42,772 nucleotides of DNA from Coriobacteriia bacterium (lineage in GTDB: Bacteria > Actinomycetota > Coriobacteriia > Anaerosomatales > Anaerosomataceae), in contig JAVERH010000001.1 of NCBI GenBank assembly GCA_034007245.1, forward strand, positions 1 to 42,772, written 5' to 3'. Position 1 is the stretch's first letter. Each line of letters starts with the position of its first letter. Under the pieces are notes generated by a model. The model saw only the letters and a program-made list of their open reading frames with translations, was not told the DNA's origin and did not search any database. A program made the translations under genes and the position numbers. Shown here piece after piece: positions 38,876 through 42,772 of this stretch.

Positions 38876-39997
38876 ATGAACCTCCGTCGTATCGGACTGC
38901 TCATGTGGAAAGAGGTCCTGCAACTGTCCCGTGACAAGATGATGCTTCCACTGATCTTCTTGATGCCGGTGATGCAGCTGATCATGTTCGGCTACGTGGT
39001 GGGTGCCGATGTCACCAACATCCGGACGGTGATCGTGGACCAGGACCATACGGTCATGTCGCGCGATATCACCGAGGCGTTCTCGGCTTCGGGCTACTTC
39101 AAGATAGTGGACAGACTGGACTCGGAAGATGATGTCCAGCCGGCCATCGACGAGGGCACAGCGATGGTGGCCGTGCTGCTGCCGCCGGGCATGGAGCGCG
39201 ATATCGCCTCTGGCGAGCAGGTTCCGCTGGAGGTGATCGTCGATGGGTCCGACAGCAAGACCGCGTCGGTGGCCAGCGGCTACGCCGCGCAGGTCGTGGC
39301 GTCCTACGAGCGTGAGCGGCTCACTGCGCTTGGCGCGGTGCCCGATGGTCCCGGTATCGACGCCCGGGTGCGGGTGCTGTTCAATCCGTCGCTCAGGAGC
39401 GTCAACGCCATGATTCCCGGCCTCGTCGCGATGATCCTCATGCTCTCCGTCTCGGCGATCATGAGCCAGGCGGTGGTGCGTGAGCGAGAACGCGGTACCC
39501 TCGAGCAGCTTTTCGTCACGCCGATCGGTCGCGCCGAGTACGTTATCGGTAAGGTGGTGCCGTACGTGGGTATCGCCATCATCCAGACCCTCTCGGTGAT
39601 GGTCGTAGGCGTGCTGTGGTTCCAGGTGCCGTTCTACGGGACCGCGTGGATCATGGCGCTCGGCCTGTTGCTGTTCCTGTTCACGGGGATCGGCCAGGGG
39701 CTTATCATCTCGATGATCTCCAATACGCGGCATCAGGCGCAGCAGACCACCATGTTCATCCTCATCCCCACCATGGTGCTCTCAGGCTTCATCTTCCCCA
39801 TCGAGTCGATGCCTGCAGCGATCCAGCCACTCACGTACTTCATCCCGATGCGCTACATACTCGTCATCGCGCGGAGCAACGCCATGAAGGGTGCCGGCAT
39901 GTCCGCACTCTGGCCGCAGTTCGTCGCCATGGCCGTCTTCGCTATCGTCGTCTTCGGCTTCGGGATATCACGATTCCGCAAGCAGCTTGCGGACTAG
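38876..39997 (+). CDS. ABC-2 permease (YbhS/R-like)
   Basis: KEVLQLSRD, FNPSL, RERERGTLEQLFVTP, LSGFIFPIESMP. Confidence 0.93.
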   Translation: MNLRRIGLLMWKEVLQLSRDKMMLPLIFLMPVMQLIMFGYVVGADVTNIRTVIVDQDHTVMSRDITEAFSASGYFKIVDRLDSEDDVQPAIDEGTAMVAVLLPPGMERDIASGEQVPLEVIVDGSDSKTASVASGYAAQVVASYERERLTALGAVPDGPGIDARVRVLFNPSLRSVNAMIPGLVAMILMLSVSAIMSQAVVRERERGTLEQLFVTPIGRAEYVIGKVVPYVGIAIIQTLSVMVVGVLWFQVPFYGTAWIMALGLLLFLFTGIGQGLIISMISNTRHQAQQTTMFILIPTMVLSGFIFPIESMPAAIQPLTYFIPMRYILVIARSNAMKGAGMSALWPQFVAMAVFAIVVFGFGISRFRKQLAD

Positions 39998-40010
39998 AGA
40001 GGAACCACAG

Positions 40011-41006
40011 ATGTCGTTTTTCAAACGCAAGATCGAGCTTGAGCCACCTGCGCCGAGTGCGCCCGGTGTGGCTGTCTCGGTGCAGGGCCTCAGCAAGCGC
40101 TTCGGCGACTTCGTCGCAGTCGACGGCGTCTCCTTCGAGGTGGGGGCCGGCGAGATATTCGGTTTCCTCGGCCCCAACGGGAGTGGGAAGACCACGACCA
40201 TCCGCATGCTGTGTGGCACCATCGCACCCAGCGGCGGAGGTGCCCGTGTGCTCGGTCTCGACGTGGCGGGCGATGCCGAGGCGGTCCGTGCGCGCATCGG
40301 CTACATGTCGCAGAAGTTCTCGCTCTTCGAGGATCTGACGGTGGACGAGAACCTGCGCTTCTACGGCGGCGTCTACGGCCTCGATGGCGAGCGCTTCGCC
40401 GCCCGACGGGAGTACATCCTCAAGATGGCCGATCTGGTGGGGCGTGAAGGCGAGCTGGCGCGCAACCTCTCGGTTGGATGGAAGCAGCGTCTCGCGCTCG
40501 GCTGCGCGATCATCCACGAGCCCGAGCTGGTCTTTCTCGACGAGCCGACCTCTGGCGTGGACCCGCTGGCCCGCAAGGACTTCTGGGAGCTCCTCTACGA
40601 GCTGGCCGCCAGCGGGGTCACTCTGTTCGTCACCACACACTATATGGATGAGGCGGCCAACTGCTCGAGGCTTGCCTTCATCTACCGCGGCGACATCATC
40701 GCCATCGGCACACCCGAGGATATTCGCGTGCGTGAGATGCACGATGAGATATTCGAGGTGGAGTCCTCCGATGTCGATGCGATCCTTACCGCACTCGAAG
40801 CCGATGAGGATGTTCAGGAGGTGTATCTGAGCGGTGCCCTTCTCCACGTGAACATGGGCTCTGGGGGTAATGCCGCAGAGCGCCTCGATGCTGCTATCGT
40901 ACGAGCTGACCTACCCGGGACGTCCGCGACGTCCATCGAGCCGTCGATCGAAGATGTCTTCGTCCACCTCGTCACACGCGAGCGGAGCGAGAGGGGAGTG
41001 ATCTGA
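40011..41006 (+). CDS. ABC ATP-binding protein (YbhF C-half-like)
   Basis: GPNGSGKTT, GYMSQKFSL, LSVGWKQRL, LDEPTSGVDP, TTHYMDEA; start ATG 40011 after GAGAGG. Confidence 0.94.
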   Translation: MSFFKRKIELEPPAPSAPGVAVSVQGLSKRFGDFVAVDGVSFEVGAGEIFGFLGPNGSGKTTTIRMLCGTIAPSGGGARVLGLDVAGDAEAVRARIGYMSQKFSLFEDLTVDENLRFYGGVYGLDGERFAARREYILKMADLVGREGELARNLSVGWKQRLALGCAIIHEPELVFLDEPTSGVDPLARKDFWELLYELAASGVTLFVTTHYMDEAANCSRLAFIYRGDIIAIGTPEDIRVREMHDEIFEVESSDVDAILTALEADEDVQEVYLSGALLHVNMGSGGNAAERLDAAIVRADLPGTSATSIEPSIEDVFVHLVTRERSERGVI

Positions 41007-41007
41007 A

Positions 41008-41622
41008 GTGGAGCGACTCGCTTCGGAACCCAGGTTCTTCAGAGACGCCACTGACGATCGCAAGAGCGAGATCCTAGACGCCGCCGTGGCGGTCTTCTCC
41101 GAGAAGGGCTACGACGCAGGTAGCATGCGTGAGATCGCCGAGATCGTCGGTGTGAGCGAGCCCGCGCTGTACCGGCACTTCTCGAGCAAAGAGGATATCT
41201 GCCTCGCTCTCATCACGGGCGTAAGTGCACGGATCAAGTCCGAGGTGGGTCCTTTGCTGGATGCAGCAGAGCCATCGCGTATCGCCGAGACGTTCGAGAC
41301 CATCTTCGTGAACCGTACCGAGGCCGTGGGCAGCTACTTGCCTGTGGTCCGGACCGTCATGATCGCGTCGATGCACAGCCCGGTGTTCCGCACGGCGTTC
41401 CGCGAGAGTGTGGCAGGTCCGATCCTTGTTCGCCTTGAGCGCCTGGTCCCCGTGGTGGACGCGTACTATGGGATCGAGGCAGACGCCGGAGATGTCTCCC
41501 TGCGCGTACGAACGCTGTTGAGCATGTTCGTCGGCCAGTTCATCACGGCGTTCGTCGTCGGTGATGAACTCACGTCGCCGACCGAGACGTTCATGCGGGT
41601 CATGGGCTGGACGATGAACTGA
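41008..41622 (+). CDS. TetR/AcrR-family regulator
   Basis: ILDAAVAVFSEKGY..SMREIAEIVGVSEPALYRHFSSKEDI. Confidence 0.94.
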   Translation: MERLASEPRFFRDATDDRKSEILDAAVAVFSEKGYDAGSMREIAEIVGVSEPALYRHFSSKEDICLALITGVSARIKSEVGPLLDAAEPSRIAETFETIFVNRTEAVGSYLPVVRTVMIASMHSPVFRTAFRESVAGPILVRLERLVPVVDAYYGIEADAGDVSLRVRTLLSMFVGQFITAFVVGDELTSPTETFMRVMGWTMN

Positions 41623-41630
41623 TCGGAGGG

Positions 41631-41855
41631 GTGGAGGTGGCCGACACTGGCGTGCTGGACGCTATGCCCTTTGCTGCATCGATCACGCTTTTTGTGTGCT
41701 TGATCGCTGTAGCTGCGCTTTGTGCTGCCGGCGCCATCGTTCTGCTGCGCGGCGGCCGCCGCGACGTTCGAGTCCAGGGCATCGTTCTCGGCATCGTCTC
41801 ACTCGGGCTGTTCGCATTCGGAGTCGTGGTCGGTGCAAGCCTCCTGGCGGCGTGA
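41631..41855 (+). CDS. Small 2-TM membrane protein
   Basis: Two hydrophobic helices separated by RGGRRD; GGAGG SD. Confidence 0.6.
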   Translation: MEVADTGVLDAMPFAASITLFVCLIAVAALCAAGAIVLLRGGRRDVRVQGIVLGIVSLGLFAFGVVVGASLLAA

Positions 41856-42003
41856 GAAGCTGGTGCTTTCGACCCGAGATGTGCTCGTGGGATGAGGAGT
41901 TCCGTGATGTGCCGTTGACGGTGCCGCATGATCTGTATACACTCCTCGCGGGGAGGGGATATATGGGACTCGTTCATGTATGTATATGCATGTTGCATAG
42001 TAA

Positions 42004-42687
42004 ATGATGCAAACAAAAGACGATGACGCACCGCCGTTCCAGGAGGTGGCGTGTGGGCGTGAGCGCGTCATCAGTCGGTTCGTCGGGGTGCTCGTCAGCC
42101 CGGGCGCGACATTCATGCGTCTGGCGTCGGACTCCGACTGGCTGCGACCGCTGTCGTTCATGCTGGCGGTAGTAAGTGCCTATTCGTTCGCAGTGATCCT
42201 GAGAGTTCCCACTTCGGCAGCAGCAGAGCTGGTCGGTTTCAGTAGCACCACTGCTCTAGCGGGGCTGCGTGCGGCCGGCTTGCTTGTAGCTATCGTGATC
42301 ACGATGTTCGGATGGTTTGCATGGGTCACAGCCCTCTACGTGTCGTTCTGGGCTCTGGGTGCGCGGACCTCGATGCCGCAGGCACTGACCATCATCGGCT
42401 ATGCGGCTGCCCCCGGCATCATCAAGTCGGCGACTCTCACCGTTGTGGTCCTGGTCACGGGGCACATGCCGGTCGCTCCGACACTCGCTTCCATACTTCA
42501 CGCTCGGGGAGCGGTGGCGACTGTGTTGGGATCGGTCGAGCCATTCGCGATCTGGAACTTTGTACTTCTGGTCATTGCGGCGTCGTGCAGCTTTGGCTTC
42601 ACATGGCGGCGTTCAACTGCGGCTGTTCTTCTTCCGGTGACGCTCGGCTGGTTCCTACAACTGAGCCTTGGTTCCCTGATCGCATAG
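42004..42687 (+). CDS. Yip1-family membrane protein
   Basis: GVLVSPGATF, five TM segments, IIGYAAAP, EPFAIW. Confidence 0.8.
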   Translation: MMQTKDDDAPPFQEVACGRERVISRFVGVLVSPGATFMRLASDSDWLRPLSFMLAVVSAYSFAVILRVPTSAAAELVGFSSTTALAGLRAAGLLVAIVITMFGWFAWVTALYVSFWALGARTSMPQALTIIGYAAAPGIIKSATLTVVVLVTGHMPVAPTLASILHARGAVATVLGSVEPFAIWNFVLLVIAASCSFGFTWRRSTAAVLLPVTLGWFLQLSLGSLIA

Positions 42688-42772
42688 GCGGAAGGTGCGG
42701 ATCCCCGCAGATTCGGTTCTGAGGATGATGCGTGTCAGCAAAAACCGGGGGGGGGTGTTTGTATGGAGATCT

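Overview
GC-rich bacterial chromosome segment. The PurB sequence, leaderless promoters and promoter motifs suggest an anaerobic actinobacterium, probably Coriobacteriia (inference). In order: (1) an ArsS-like radical SAM gene that very probably reads through a UGA as selenocysteine (SECIS-like hairpin visible), followed by a TIGR04282-like glycosyltransferase cut by the window edge; (2) PhzF-like gene, papain-like hypothetical, MATE pump, a hisF-carB pair, GyrI-like gene and a lipoprotein; (3) a small secreted cationic protein plus permease/ABC ATPase/permease cassette behind an OmpR/CiaR-type direct-repeat promoter; (4) a P-type ATPase under a yybP-ykoY (Mn2+) riboswitch, panD, an unannotated 52-aa membrane protein, purB and a D-2-hydroxyacid dehydrogenase; (5) a ~15 kb co-oriented defence/DNA-processing island: hsdM, hsdS (12-bp repeats and a G8 tract, likely switchable specificity), GIY-YIG/DUF4357 nuclease, AbiEi/AbiEii, hsdR, NurA, HerA, a hypothetical, a wHTH protein and a RecQ with an extra N-terminal domain, behind a PafBC-type promoter motif; (6) a YbhGFSR-like efflux operon with TetR, a small membrane protein and a Yip1 protein. 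No tRNA, rRNA, CRISPR array, integrase or transposase was recognised. All family calls come from motif recognition by eye, not database searches.
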